A DNA stretch of 64,000 nt from Naegleria gruberi (lineage: Eukaryota): NCBI GenBank assembly GCA_000004985.1, contig GG738876.1. The stretch is one strand, 5' to 3'. Shown piece by piece: positions 20,680 to 32,294 of this stretch; position 1 is the first letter of the stretch; each line of letters begins with the position of its first letter. The notes under the pieces are model-generated. The model worked only from the letters and a program-made list of their open reading frames with translations. It made no database searches and was not told the DNA's origin. The translations under genes were made by a program, and so were the position numbers.

Positions 20680-21702
20680 ATGTTTAGAAACTTCCGTCGT
20701 TATGCCTCATCATCATCGGCATCATTTAATGCTCGTTTAAATCCAGCTGGTCACAAAATGTTGAATAATAGTGTCAGAACCTTCTCTGGTACTGCTTCCA
20801 GCTCTACTTTTTCTCCGCTTGTTAAAACTCTTGTTACTGGTGGTTTATTGATTGGTACTGGTTACCTTCTCAACAAGACTATGAATGAACCTACACAAGC
20901 TATCGGAAGATATGGTAATACATCAGAATTGGCCCAACAAAGACTTGTTCAACCAGACATGGCTAGAACTGGTTTGAATCCAATTGTTCAACAATACATG
21001 AGTGGTACTTACAAATATGTTGCCTTGAACGTTGCTCTTACAACTCTCTTTGCTGTTGGTGCTTACAAATCTGGCTTAGTTTTTAGAATTTTGAATATGA
21101 ATCCATGGATGCATTTGCTCGTCTTTGGTGGTGGTATGATTGGAACAAACATGATCACTAGATCTCTCGATATTAATACTAATAGTGCATTGAAGCATAC
21201 CATGTTGACTGCCTTCAACGGAATTGTTGGTTTGTCACTCTGTTATGTTGGTTTAATGTATAGACCAGAAATTATCATGAGAGCTGCTCTCTACACTGCT
21301 GGTATCTTTGGTGCCTTGTCCTATGTTGCTATCAATGCTGAACAAGACAAGTTCCTTTCTATGGGTGGTCCATTGTTGGCTGGTTTGGCTGTTGTCTTCT
21401 TGTCAAGCTTGGCTCCATTGGTTCTCCCAGCCACAATGACTAGAACTTTGCAAGCTACTGAAGCTATTGCTCTCTATGGTGGTTTGTTGTTGTTCGGTAT
21501 GTTCATCTTGTACGAAACCCAAAAGGTCAGAATGAAGGGTGAAAATTATAAGAATTATGTTGAATCTGAAACCATGAGAGGTACTCCAAACCACATGATC
21601 CAAAAGCCAGATTACATCAACTCTTCAATTTCTCTCTACATGGATATGGTCAACATTTTCGTTCGTTTGCTCTACATTCTCGGTGGTAACAATAGAAAGT
21701 AA
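20680..21702 (+). CDS. TMBIM-family membrane protein with an N-terminal presequence-like extension (GHITM/MICS1-like, probably mitochondrial).
   Basis: 'MFRNFRRYASSSSASFNARL' looks like a targeting peptide. It has 7 TM helices. 'LYGGLLLFGMFILYETQKV' and the C-terminal 'LYMDMVNIFVRLLYILGG' are the BI-1-like motif. It is a paralogue of the gene at 7112. Confidence 0.65.
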   Translation: MFRNFRRYASSSSASFNARLNPAGHKMLNNSVRTFSGTASSSTFSPLVKTLVTGGLLIGTGYLLNKTMNEPTQAIGRYGNTSELAQQRLVQPDMARTGLNPIVQQYMSGTYKYVALNVALTTLFAVGAYKSGLVFRILNMNPWMHLLVFGGGMIGTNMITRSLDINTNSALKHTMLTAFNGIVGLSLCYVGLMYRPEIIMRAALYTAGIFGALSYVAINAEQDKFLSMGGPLLAGLAVVFLSSLAPLVLPATMTRTLQATEAIALYGGLLLFGMFILYETQKVRMKGENYKNYVESETMRGTPNHMIQKPDYINSSISLYMDMVNIFVRLLYILGGNNRK

Positions 21703-21872
21703 ATGCCAGAAATCAAATGTTAATAATGAATCGATCAATCATAAATGGAATGGGTAATTGGAAAGAAAAACAGCTTTCAAATCCAAGAATTATCATGACA
21801 ATAAAATAATAACTAAAATGTAAATATTAAATTAAATTGTTAATTATTTCACTTGTTTGGCACTGACACAAT

Positions 21873-21877
21873 AAAAA
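21873..21877 (-). terminator. Oligo-T RNA polymerase III terminator (T5) 3' of tRNA-Val.
   Basis: The minus strand reads ...GGCGTA AC TTTTT AT immediately after the discriminator base. Confidence 0.5.
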
Positions 21878-21879
21878 GT

Positions 21880-21953
21880 TACGCCGTAAGGGAGTCGAAC
21901 CCTTGACCTTCAGCGTGTAAAGCTGACGATCTAACCAACTGATCTAACGGCGC
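21880..21953 (-). tRNA. tRNA-Val, anticodon UAC.
   Basis: Reverse complement GCGCCGT-TA-GATC-AGTTGGTTA-GATC-G-TCAGC-TTTACAC-GCTGA-AGGTC-AAGGG-TTCGACT-CCCTT-ACGGCGT-A. It folds as a cloverleaf with 7-bp acceptor, 4-bp D, 5-bp anticodon and 5-bp T stems. The B box GGTTCGACTCC is present, with U33 and A37. CCA is not encoded. Confidence 0.9.
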
Positions 21954-22295
21954 TTGCATGTTAATTTACAAAAATATCCTGTTGCCACTATTCAAATCCA
22001 CTCCTTTGTCAAGCCAACATCTCTAGATATGGTACAAATCTATTTTAAAAAAAGATTTTGAATAAGAGTTCTTTGTGATTGAGTTTTTCGGTTTGAAAAC
22101 ATCATCAACATACCACAGCAACGTTTGAATTTTAAATAATCCATACACATTCAAACTCTTCCATTGTTTTCAATCAAACAATTCATAAGATTAACCACAA
22201 TCCAATTATCATCTGTATATTTAATATTGAAAAGTAAATAATAACTAACAAAGAACAATAACAACACTCTTATTAAAGAAGAACTAGATTAGAAA

Positions 22296-22741
22296 ATGGG
22301 AAGACTCTTCTTAAGATATCTCGATGGACCATCGGTTTATGTTTGTTCCAATTGTAATTCTCACCTCTGCATGAATGATGAAATCATTTCCAAGCATTTC
22401 CATGGACGTTATGGAAAAGCCTACTTGTTTAACAAGGCGTAGGTATTATGAATTATTCTCATATTTCAATTCTTTTCAATTTACTGTTTCAATTAACTGA
22501 TCATTTTAATATTTCAATATTAATATAATGATAATATTCGGAATATAGAGTGAATGTTTCTAATGGACCATTGGAAGAGAGACAATTAATGACTGGTTTA
22601 CATGTTGTCTGTGATGTGTACTGTGTAAATTGCAAGTCAAATGTTGGATGGAAATATAAAGAAGCATATGCCACAACTGAACAGTACAAGGTTGGAAAAT
22701 TTTGCTTGGAAATGACTAAATTGAAAAAGGAAACTATGTAA
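22296..22741 (+). CDS. Yippee/Moh1 zinc-binding protein in two exons: 22296..22438 and 22549..22741.
   Basis: 'MGRLFLRYLDGPSVYVCSNCNSHLCMNDEIISKHFHGRYGKAYLFNKA'. Intron 22439..22548 (GTAGGT..TATAG, 110 nt, phase 2). Then 'VNVSNGPLEERQLMTGLHVVCDVYCVNCKSNVGWKYKEAYATTEQYKVGKF' (CxxC...CxxC). The product is 111 aa. Confidence 0.85.
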
Positions 22742-22976
22742 ATTATTTAATCCTGTGTGGATCTGGATTTCAATGCAGATTTCCTACTTTGTAAAATTAC
22801 CTTGTAAATAATTGTAAATAATGCAATCTGATATTTTTATTGGAAATGGAAACTTTTGAATTGAAGAATTGTTCAAATTCTATCATGTTTGACTGAATTG
22901 GCTAAACATGTGACATGGAATGGTTGATAATAAACTAAAATTTCTTTGGTTATTGCACTTCTTTCACAATAAAAAT

Positions 22977-23816
22977 ATGGTCAGAGTAAAGAACAATTCC
23001 CCAGCAGCTGCTGTGCCCATTGTTCAAGAACCAGCTGAAGAGGAGAAAGTCTATTCGATAGGATTAGTTGGAGATGCAGGTGTGGGTATGTTTGAGAGTT
23101 GAACTTTTTATTAATAAATATTAGGGAAAGCTAGCTTGTGTGTTGAGTTTACAAAATCAAAGAAAGTGAGAGGTATGTTCTTTCAGTTTCCAATATTTCA
23201 ATTTTCCTTCCTTGAACAGTTTCAAGACCATCAGCTTACGATCCAACAGATGAATCTCGATTCTATCAAACCATTTCAATTGACAACTCAAATGTAACAG
23301 TTCAATTAATAAGCACATCAGGTCAAGAACTCATGAATGCAGTCGAGGATATTTACTTTAAGAAATGTTTGGGTTTCCTGCTCATCTTTTCTCTAGATAA
23401 CAGAAATTCTTTCATCAGTGCCACAACCAGACACTATGAAAAGATATTGAGAATGAAGGATTGTGTGCAGTCGGAGGATATTCCACATAATATTCCAATG
23501 ATACTTGTGGGAAATAAGGTGCGTATTTTATTCAAGAATTTTATCAATGAATTACATAATATTTGAAAATTAGAATGATCTCGATCTGTCTAAGGTACAA
23601 GTCAGCAATCAAGAAATTGAACAATTTTGTCAGAAAACATTTATCAAATATGTTGCCACTTCAACAGTAACTAATGAGAATATCTATGATTCGTTTGAAA
23701 TGATTGTAAGGCAAGTGGTTGAATGTGATTACATTGAAAGTATGAAGAAAATATTAGAAAGTAATCAAGAAAAGGAAAAAAAGACGAAAAAGAAACCTAG
23801 ATGTATTATATTATAA
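22977..23816 (+). CDS. Ras-family small GTPase with a CAAX box (CIIL), divergent in switch II. Four exons: 22977(or ATG 22920)..23085, 23125..23172, 23220..23518, 23574..23816.
   Basis: G1 'GDAGVGK' is split by intron 1 (23086..23124, 39 nt). 'YDPTDESRFYQ' follows. G3 reads 'STSGQE' in place of DTAGQE. G4 'LVGNKNDL' is split by intron 3 (23519..23573). Intron 2 is 23173..23219. The C-terminus is 'KKKPRCIIL*'. All introns are GT..AG with consistent phases. Confidence 0.75.
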
Positions 23817-23871
23817 ATTAGGTGCTTAGATTTAATAAATTCCACAATTACTCATCATGGTATTTACACAA

Positions 23872-24795
23872 TTAAAAATTAATAGTAAAATGTTCTTCAT
23901 CAAGGGTATTGAAAAGAATACCATCATTAACTAAAAGTCCAAAAGCTTGTTCCAAATCATCCTCATTGTAAGCTTCATAGAGAGGTGCCAAGATGTCAGC
24001 CTTAGTGACACCAGTTCTTCTATTACCATTCATGACTACAGTTTTGGCGACTTCAACAATATCATCCTTCACTCTTTGAACATTTGAAAAATTGCTACTG
24101 CTTGCATTATAAGTAGCATTACTTGTAGAAGCTGATGAACTAAAGTTGTAACCATTATCAAGAGTAGAAGTATTCATAGTGTCACGATTGGATTGGGTAG
24201 ACTTTTCTGGAAGCCCAACTGTATTAAATAAATGTACTTGAATACATTCAAGCATGTGGAAATAAATTTCATTGGCATCTTCAACTCGTCTGACCATTTG
24301 TGCTTTAATTGAAAGTCTATCTTTATATTCACTAACTAATCCGAAAGCTTTGACAAATTTGTTGACTCTACATTGTTGATTATTGAAATAATAAACACAA
24401 TTAATAATTATTTTCAAATCATGACAAGAACAATTAATGATGATGATAAATAATCAACATTTGTGAATATATAATAATACATACTGAATTTGTTCAACTT
24501 CACTCTTCAAAAATGGATTATTATTCACAGATTCATCAAATACTTTTACATCCAACTTTCCGGTACAATCATCAATTTGAATTGTGGTAAATCCATTCCT
24601 GCTGTTGATTGATGTTACCATTCCCAACACTTCAACAATATACAATTCCTTTCCATCGACAATAAACTTTTCGCTTACCGTCTTTCTACCCAGTAATTGT
24701 CTGATTGTGAGAGGAGTAATCGATGAAGGCTTTTCACCACTCATCCTTGTGTGTTCCTTTGAATTATGGGAGTCTTCGAAAAATCCAGTTTCCAT
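23872..24795 (-). CDS. RFA2: Replication protein A 32-kDa subunit (RPA2/Rfa2) in two exons: 24795..24485 and 24367..23872.
   Basis: 'SITPLTIRQLL...FIVDGKELYIVEVLGMVTS...TIQIDDCTGKLDVKVF' is the OB fold. Intron 24484..24368 (GTATGT..TGTAG, 117 nt, phase 2). Then '...VNKFVKAFGLVSEYKDRLSIKAQMVRRVEDANEIYFHMLECIQVHL' and the C-terminal winged helix '...DGILFNTLDEEHFTINF'. The protein is 268 aa. Confidence 0.8.
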
Positions 24796-25271
24796 TTTTT
24801 TTTAAATTTTTATCAATTAAAAAACCGTTTTTTGGCGGGAAGCAATGCTCAAGCTAGTTTTTGGTGGAAAGTAATTTGCTTCAATCGCCAGCAAGAAGTG
24901 ATGTTACATTCCAATAGAACTGTTCTGAACTGGATAATGACCAGATTTATGTAAACATTACCCAACTCTACCTGATCATCAAGGCAGGCCATAAAAATGT
25001 TCATCATGGCAGCACTTGGAAGTAAAATAAAACGGCACTCGTCAATAAAATTTCTCAGCAACAACTCGTTCGACACTTAACAAATCACTCTCCAGAACAC
25101 TTGATGCCAGACAAACCACTGCCATCCAGCCAAAATTATTGATGTGTTGATTGAGTGAAAAAGGATTTAATTTAAAAAATTTTTAATCATCAAAAAAATA
25201 TCTTTCTCTCGTCATTGAGCAGCGGTTTTCTCTCTTGTGCGCGACTAAATATTTAAATCATCATCATCAAC

Positions 25272-26090
25272 ATGGCATCCGAAGATAGTCAGCTTAATTC
25301 TGCTCTTGATCTTTTCAGAAGACTCCCACCTGCTCAATTGGAAACCAACTTGAGTTTTGTTACTGAATTGGCACCACATTTAACTGATGATCTTTTGCAA
25401 ACTGTTGATTGTCCATTGAAAATTCGTAAATGTGCTGAAACTGGAAAGGATTATCTTGTCTGCGATTATAACAGAGATGGTGATTCCTACAGAAGTCCAC
25501 ACTCTAACAAGTATGACCCACCTTTGGAGGATGGTATTTTGCCACCTGAAGATTTAAGAGATTTGGAAAAGAAGGCCAACGATATTTTCCAATCATATTG
25601 TGAACAATACTATGAAGGAGGTATCTCTAGTGTTTATATGTGGGAAGTTATGGATGGAGGATTTGCTTGTGCTGTTCTCTTCAAAAAGGATGGTTCTGGT
25701 TTGAGAGGTGTCGAAAAGGGTGTTTGGGACTCTATTCACGTTGTTGAAGTTCAACCACAAGATTCTAAAACTGCCTTGTACAAACTCACCACTACTATTA
25801 TTTTGAGTATGGCCACTCAAGATGGACAATTGGATCTCTCAGGTAGTGTTCAAAAACAAGAAGATCAAACTTGTTCTTTTGATAATGCATACAATAGCCA
25901 TATTGTTAACATGGGTAACATGATTCAAAAGATGGAAAATTACTTGCGTAACCAATTGCAAGGAGTTTACTTTGATAAGGCTCGTGAAATTACTCGTACT
26001 CTTCGTAACACTCAAAGTTCTGGTGAACGTAAGGCCCAAATCTTATTGCAAAATGAATTGGCCAATGCTCTCTCCAACAGAAAGAGATAA
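25272..26090 (+). CDS. CAP2: F-actin capping protein beta subunit (CapZ beta/Cap2).
   Basis: 'ALDLFRRLPPAQLETNLS...KDYLVCDYNRDGDSYRSPHSNKYDPPLEDG...WDSIHVVEVQ' is near-identical in pattern to CAPZB. Single exon, 272 aa. Confidence 0.9.
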   Translation: MASEDSQLNSALDLFRRLPPAQLETNLSFVTELAPHLTDDLLQTVDCPLKIRKCAETGKDYLVCDYNRDGDSYRSPHSNKYDPPLEDGILPPEDLRDLEKKANDIFQSYCEQYYEGGISSVYMWEVMDGGFACAVLFKKDGSGLRGVEKGVWDSIHVVEVQPQDSKTALYKLTTTIILSMATQDGQLDLSGSVQKQEDQTCSFDNAYNSHIVNMGNMIQKMENYLRNQLQGVYFDKAREITRTLRNTQSSGERKAQILLQNELANALSNRKR

Positions 26091-26427
26091 ATCATCAACA
26101 ACATGAATCTATGGTGTTGATAACATAATGATGACAATATGCTGCTATTTATACAGTTGGATGACCAAATTATTTATTTATTTATCCATTGAATTGTTTT
26201 TGGAGTTTTGGTAATTGTCATCCTAATGTCAACATTATTCTGTATCAACTTGTACCCATATACACACAATGTATAATTGTATCATTAAAAAATAATTTAT
26301 TTGTTTATATGTTATTTAATATTTCCAAAGAATTGGCAAATCATCATTAATTCTGATCCAATTCCATCCCATTCCAAGTTAAAATATTTTATTAATAATA
26401 AATAAATTTGTTTTTTTCAATTGATTA

Positions 26428-28101
26428 TTAACATGTTTGAACAGGGAAATCAGTAATGCCATTCCAGAATGGACAAACAGTGCTATACAAATTATTTGTA
26501 ATAGACAAGGCACCCTTCTTCAACATATTTCTCTTATTATTACAAACTGTATAAGCTGGCCAAGTAACCATATCAGCAGCCAAGTTGGAAGATGCTGCAT
26601 TGTTGTTAACATTTGAACTGACAATAAAATTGGACCAATATCTGATCAATTGCTTGGAGAAGTTGGTTTCTTCATCAGTGAAGGTGTAAAACTTTGAAGT
26701 TAATCTCACTTTCATGACAGATGGGAAGAAGAATGGTAGCTCTGTTGCATGTGATGCACCATAACAAGTTTCGTCAAATAATGGATAATCAATAAAGTAG
26801 TTGAAAGTGTACAAGTAAACTTTGGTAACAAACTTGGTAAAGAGAGAAGCAGCATGTCTTGCATTACAATGCATTTCAGCATCACTAAAATAAACATTGA
26901 AATATTGTAAATTGTTATCATAACCAACATTTGGATAATAAGTTGGCAAAGAACTCCAGAAGGTATTAACCTTATCCTTTCCAAATACAGAATTGAGAAC
27001 TCCACGTTGAGCAGTAGATGATAAATCACTTGGATATCCACAAGTCCATTGAGTTGTTTCATTGTAAGTAGTTCCAATAATTGTTGGAACTTGCTTGTAA
27101 TTACCAATCAAAAAGTTGTTATAAATTGTATCATTGGTAACATAATTATCAATAACTGGAACGAACAAATCTGTGGAACCATCTTGATAGGAGAGAATAG
27201 TGCTTGTTGGCAAATTTCTGAGACAATTCAATGATGAACAGCCGACAGCAGTCTTGAATTTTCCTGAAATAACATTGGCATCATCAACACTTTGTTGGAT
27301 TAACCATGGAAGGAATGATCCACTTTGGGCAATAGCACCTTTGACTTTACCTAATAATGGACTTGTCAAGAGAATGAGAGTACTGACACCTCCAGCACTT
27401 TCTCCACCAATTGTAATCTTACTAGAATCACCACCAAAGTTATCAATATTCTTTCTAACCCAAGTCAATGCAGATAATTGATCCAAAAGTCCCAAATTGC
27501 CAGTTGTCAAACCATTTTCAGTCTTAAAAAGTGAATCAGAAAGAAATCCTAAAATTCCCAATCTATAATTGAAAGTAACCACAACAATTGGTGAACCAAC
27601 TTGTTGACTAACTTGTGTCCAATAATCTCCTTGATACATATTACCACTTTTTCACACATTACAAAATCAAGTCAACTCGACAACTTACGTTCCATATTTG
27701 AAAGCTCCTCCATGAATCCAAAAGAAAACAGGATACTTATTTGTAACATTAGCATCAGCAGGTGTCCAAACATTCAAAAACAAACAATCTTCACTTTGTG
27801 CTTGATCATAATTGTTTCCACTTGAATCTGATTGGACACAAACATTTCCATAATTGGTAGCATTAAAGATTGTTGGAGAAATGACATCAGCAACATTGAT
27901 TGGAGGTTTAAAACGATTGGATCCAGCAGTTGAGCTTGCAAATCTTATACCAGTAAATGCTCTGGTTGTTGGATTTGGAAAGTAACCACGAACTTTACCT
28001 TGTTTAGTGTCAACAATTGGATCGGTGGTGGCAGCATTGATGGATAATGCAAGTAGGAAGAGAAGTAGTAAACAAGTGAGAGAAGTAACAATCTTTCTCA
28101 T
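26428..28101 (-). CDS. Secreted type-B carboxylesterase/lipase (cholinesterase-like) in two exons: 28101..27689 and 27646..26428.
   Basis: Signal peptide 'MRKIVTSLTCLLLLFLLALSINA'. Then '...PVFFWIHGGAFKYGT'. Intron 27688..27647 (GTAAGT...AAAAAG, 42 nt, phase 2). Then 'GNMYQGDY...TFNYRLGILGFL...GGESAGG' (catalytic Ser in GESAG). 543 aa. Confidence 0.8.
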
Positions 28102-28554
28102 TTTGTTGTTGTTAATTTTTTTTTAAATGACAAGTGGCAGGAGCTCACAAGTTACTTGACATTAAAGGTTCTGTTACAATATTGTACTTGACTTTGTTTC
28201 TTGTTGGTTGTTCTTTAGTTGTGCAAAAATGAGAGTTCACACTGGTGAACACAGATCAATAATCCGAAATGTAATGGTTCGCTTTCTAGTTCAGCAAAAA
28301 CTAACAAACTAAACTTGACGAAAATTGGGTGGAGAAATGTTTCGCTCTCGAGTTTTATGTAACCTTTGCATTTCGAATCGTTCACATTCATTTCGAATAT
28401 CATTTTGATATTCCTTTCTTTCAGATTATGGAGTTCTTTGATATTGAACTTGTCTATTTCACACTTTCACACACTTTCTAATATTTATCATCTATGTATC
28501 TCAACATTCTATTGTATAACTTTTCTCTTCTTTTTATTCGAAACTACTTTACAA

Positions 28555-30552
28555 TTATTTTTCTTCCTCTTCCAAACTAACCTCCTTCTCAATCTTTCTA
28601 TATTTATACATATTTGCCATAACCAAATGAAACACCAATCCAACCAACATTAACAAGGCAAAGAATGAAAACTCATAAACTTGTTTCAATGGGAATTCCT
28701 TCAAAGTTCCCATTGGAATACTCGCCACCACCACAACAATTACATTTCCCATACTCACAGTTAAGAGATAGTAGGATTGGAGGAGGGATTTCATTTCCTT
28801 TGGGGATTGAGAGTAGGCAAATTCTAAACCAGTGACTGAGACAAAGATTTCGGCAATGCTTAGTAGAATGTATTGAGGAAGTTGCCAGGCAACGTGGATT
28901 TGACGTGGATACATACGGACAAAGATTTCAACGATGGCTGCTGCGACAAATGACATGGATGCAATGACCATTCCAATACCTATTTTACGGAGTGGTGTTA
29001 GGTAGTACTATAGTTGGAAAAATGATATTGATAATTTGGAAAGATTGTGAAATTGTTTTTAAAAAAATTGAGAAAATGGAAATTGTGAAATACTTACAAA
29101 TTTGGAAATGAGCTTGTAAATGAATCGATCGAAAACAATGACGAGTCCAATAACTAGGATTGGATTAATGGTTGTAATTTGATCACTTCCAAATACATAA
29201 CTTCCAACTCTTCTATTCATCATTTCAGCTTGAAACACAAATCTACTCGAATGTTGATCGAATAAAGACCAGAAAACAGTAATTGGTAATAAAGTAATGC
29301 ACACTCTATAGACACATTTGGCATCATTCACTTCCTTTTCAGTGCATTTACCTCTAGCTCTATCAAGCCAGTGATCATTCTTTTCATTGGAATTTAGAGT
29401 TTCATTCTTTTTGGTTTCGTCTATTGGAGTATGTTGAACGAGAACTGAAGTTTCATCACTACTGAGTGGTGAGCTAGGTCTTTCACCTCCTCCACCACCT
29501 CTCACTGCAGTAAATACCACTCTAAAAAACTTCAAAACTGGATTATTCTTCAATCCACTTGGTTTTACAACTCTGTACCAACATTTACCAATTGTGAAAA
29601 TGACAGTTGCCACTAATAACAAACCCAATGGAACAAAGAAAGCCACAGCATATCCAAATTGTGATCTGATGATTGGAGTTACGAATGAACTAACAGTTGA
29701 ACCAATGTTAATGGAAAAGTAAAAAATTGAAAAGAAGGAGGAAATTAATTCTCGTTGATCTTCTCTGAATTGATCAGCTCCAATGGATGAAACATTGGGT
29801 TTGATACCACCTGTTCCAACACCTACAAGGAAGAGACCTAGCATGCAACCCCACCAATGAGGTGGAGTTCCTGTCACTCCTTCAATGGCAGTGACACTAA
29901 TCACAGTCTGACCACTACAGTAAACCACTTTAAATTATTGGAATCTATTGAGAAATAATGAGTAATACTTACATAAAAGCAAAACAATGGTCCAATATTT
30001 ACCAATTAAAGCATCTGCCAAGAAGGCTCCCAAAATTGGTGTCACTTTTCAAAAATTGCTATTGAAATAATTGAAATACTTGAAAAACTTACAATATGCA
30101 AAAAAGACAAATGCGTGAACAATACTCGTTGATGCATCCTGATCAAATTTCAAATAATTCAACAAGTATAAACTGAGAATTGTCTTGAAACCATAAAACG
30201 CAAATCTTTCACACAATTCTGCAAACATGATAAACCACGTCGAGATTGGATACTCGACAAAGATGAAAACTCTTCTAACCCAATGTTTTTTCTGTTTTCC
30301 ACCTTCAATATTCTCATCATTCTTATCAAAATTCTCCTCATCATCACCATCATTCTCATGATTTTCATAATCATTTTCAAATTGATTATTTTCGGAGGAA
30401 ATAATTAAATGATTTTCCTGTTGATAACTTGAATATTGTTGCTCTCCTCCGAGTCTTGCTACTGCTCCATCCTCTTCATATGAGTTACTATTGGTATTAT
30501 CAATAAAATCAACTCCGTTCGGAGAAGATTCATCACTTTGCATTTTTTTCAT
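28555..30552 (-). CDS. PTR2: Proton-dependent oligopeptide transporter (POT/PTR2 family) in four exons: 30552..30093, 30044..29973, 29927..29098, 29007..28555.
   Basis: The N-terminal ~150 aa is an acidic low-complexity extension. 'FAELCERFAFYGFKTILSLYL' follows. Intron 1 is 30092..30045. 'LTPILGAFLADALIGKYWTIVLL' is the PTR2 signature. Intron 2 is 29972..29928. '...GTGGIKPNVSSIGADQF' follows. Intron 3 is 29097..29008 (90 nt). '...GLEFAYSQSPKEMKS' closes the protein. All introns are GTAAGT with consistent phases. 604 aa. Confidence 0.8.
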
Positions 30553-30930
30553 CCTTGTTTCAAGTTGACAAAAGATTCTTTTATGTTCTTGTTGATTTTT
30601 ATGAGGAATGAAAGAAGAAACGAATGGAAAATCTGTTGATTTTTACAGATTCACATGAAAAGTGTTTATTGCCCTTTTTGAATGTGGAACTGTAATGTGA
30701 ATTGTGAGTTTTTACAATGAAAATTTTCAAGACGAAATTCATAGGGCAGGAGCATTTTGTAAAATTGATCTCTTGGATTTTTCACAATCATTCACATATT
30801 CACTCAGATTCTTGTTCATTCACTTTTCTTCTTGATTCATTAAATATTAGTATTATAAAAATATGAACGAACTCTGTAAGATGAACTTCATTGTAAACTC
30901 TCGAAATCAATTAAAACTAATTAAAAAAAA

Positions 30931-32190
30931 ATGCCTCAACATTATCGAGTTCATCGTCAATATCCACTTGATACATTCTATCCGAACTTTTTTTCTGCAG
31001 GTCAGGCAATGGTTAAATATTGGGTAGCAACATCGAGTGATGATATTTATGATACGAAAGAGATTAATGATTCGGGATGGTCTTTGATTGAATTACCTTT
31101 TGAAAGTAAGGCTGTTTGGTTGGGAAATAGATTGTTATTGTTTCATACGACCCAAAATTTGTTGGTTCTGAATAGACATGTTGCATTGAAAGTGCTTCAT
31201 TCATTCAAGGTGTTTCATATGCCATTTGAGAAGGATCAATTATCATCATCGGCTTGTCCTTTCTATATTTTTGATATTAGAAAGTTGGTTGATATTGGAT
31301 TTGATGTGAGTGGAACTGATCCTGATTTAAAGTGTTATGATATACATCGGGTAGTTTGTGATTCATCATGTTTTTATTTTGAAATGATAAATGGAATATT
31401 GATCGTACTAAAGAGCGATGAAGGAAAATTGATTATTGATACACGATTTGTAAAGGACAGAATCAAGTTAATAGAGACATCGCTTCAATCATCAAAGATG
31501 GTAGTTTATACAGAAGGTCACAAGCTGTATTTTGATTCAGAAAATGTTCCTATTGATCATATTGATTCACCATTTAGATTGATTGCTGCTAGTCCTGTTA
31601 GTGTTGCATTGGTGACTGAGGACAATAGATTCTATCTTAATGGAGATGATTCAAATGGAACTTGTGGGGGTATTCAAACAGGAGGTAACGAGTTGAAACT
31701 AGCTCTAAAACAATTCTCACCATCGGAAAGGATTGCCAATATTAAATGTGGATATATTCACACTGTAATTTTACTAGAAAATGGTCATGTATGGGCAAGT
31801 GGATACAATGATCTGAAACAATGTGGTATAGAAGGACCTGTCAAGGAATTTACTGAAATTGAGGAACGCTATTACCAATATGGACATTTCAGAAAGATTA
31901 GGTCTACTTCGAGAGGAACAGTTTTAATGTCAGACTCTGGGGCAGTATTCATAGGAGAGGTAGTTCACAAATTCAAACAGTACAAGGATAGATACCTCTT
32001 TGAACCATTCACCCCAGACTTTAATGAGGTAGCAGGAGGAGGATGGCAATACGTTCTTTTTAAAAAGAATGAAACAACCAAATCTTTGAATTATTTCCTG
32101 AGTAATTTGAAGCAATTTGCAAGAGGAGAATCGAAACAAGGCAACAGTGGTGATGTTTTTTTTCAAGATTGTCAGTTAATCATTCAATAA
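30931..32190 (+). CDS. Hypothetical protein with C-terminal RCC1-like (BLIP-II) repeats.
   Basis: Continuous 419 aa. 'NGDDSNGTCGGIQTGG...KCGYIHTVILLENGHVWASGYNDLKQCG' fits RCC1-repeat hairpins. The N-terminal half is unassigned. Confidence 0.45.
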   Translation: MPQHYRVHRQYPLDTFYPNFFSAGQAMVKYWVATSSDDIYDTKEINDSGWSLIELPFESKAVWLGNRLLLFHTTQNLLVLNRHVALKVLHSFKVFHMPFEKDQLSSSACPFYIFDIRKLVDIGFDVSGTDPDLKCYDIHRVVCDSSCFYFEMINGILIVLKSDEGKLIIDTRFVKDRIKLIETSLQSSKMVVYTEGHKLYFDSENVPIDHIDSPFRLIAASPVSVALVTEDNRFYLNGDDSNGTCGGIQTGGNELKLALKQFSPSERIANIKCGYIHTVILLENGHVWASGYNDLKQCGIEGPVKEFTEIEERYYQYGHFRKIRSTSRGTVLMSDSGAVFIGEVVHKFKQYKDRYLFEPFTPDFNEVAGGGWQYVLFKKNETTKSLNYFLSNLKQFARGESKQGNSGDVFFQDCQLIIQ

Positions 32191-32294
32191 TAATGGCGAT
32201 TGATTTTTCTGCTAATTACCTAGAGTTTACAATTATTTTACAAATTAGTCAATTCGCCAAATTTTCCAATTTTGGTTTTCACAAGCAAAAAAAA

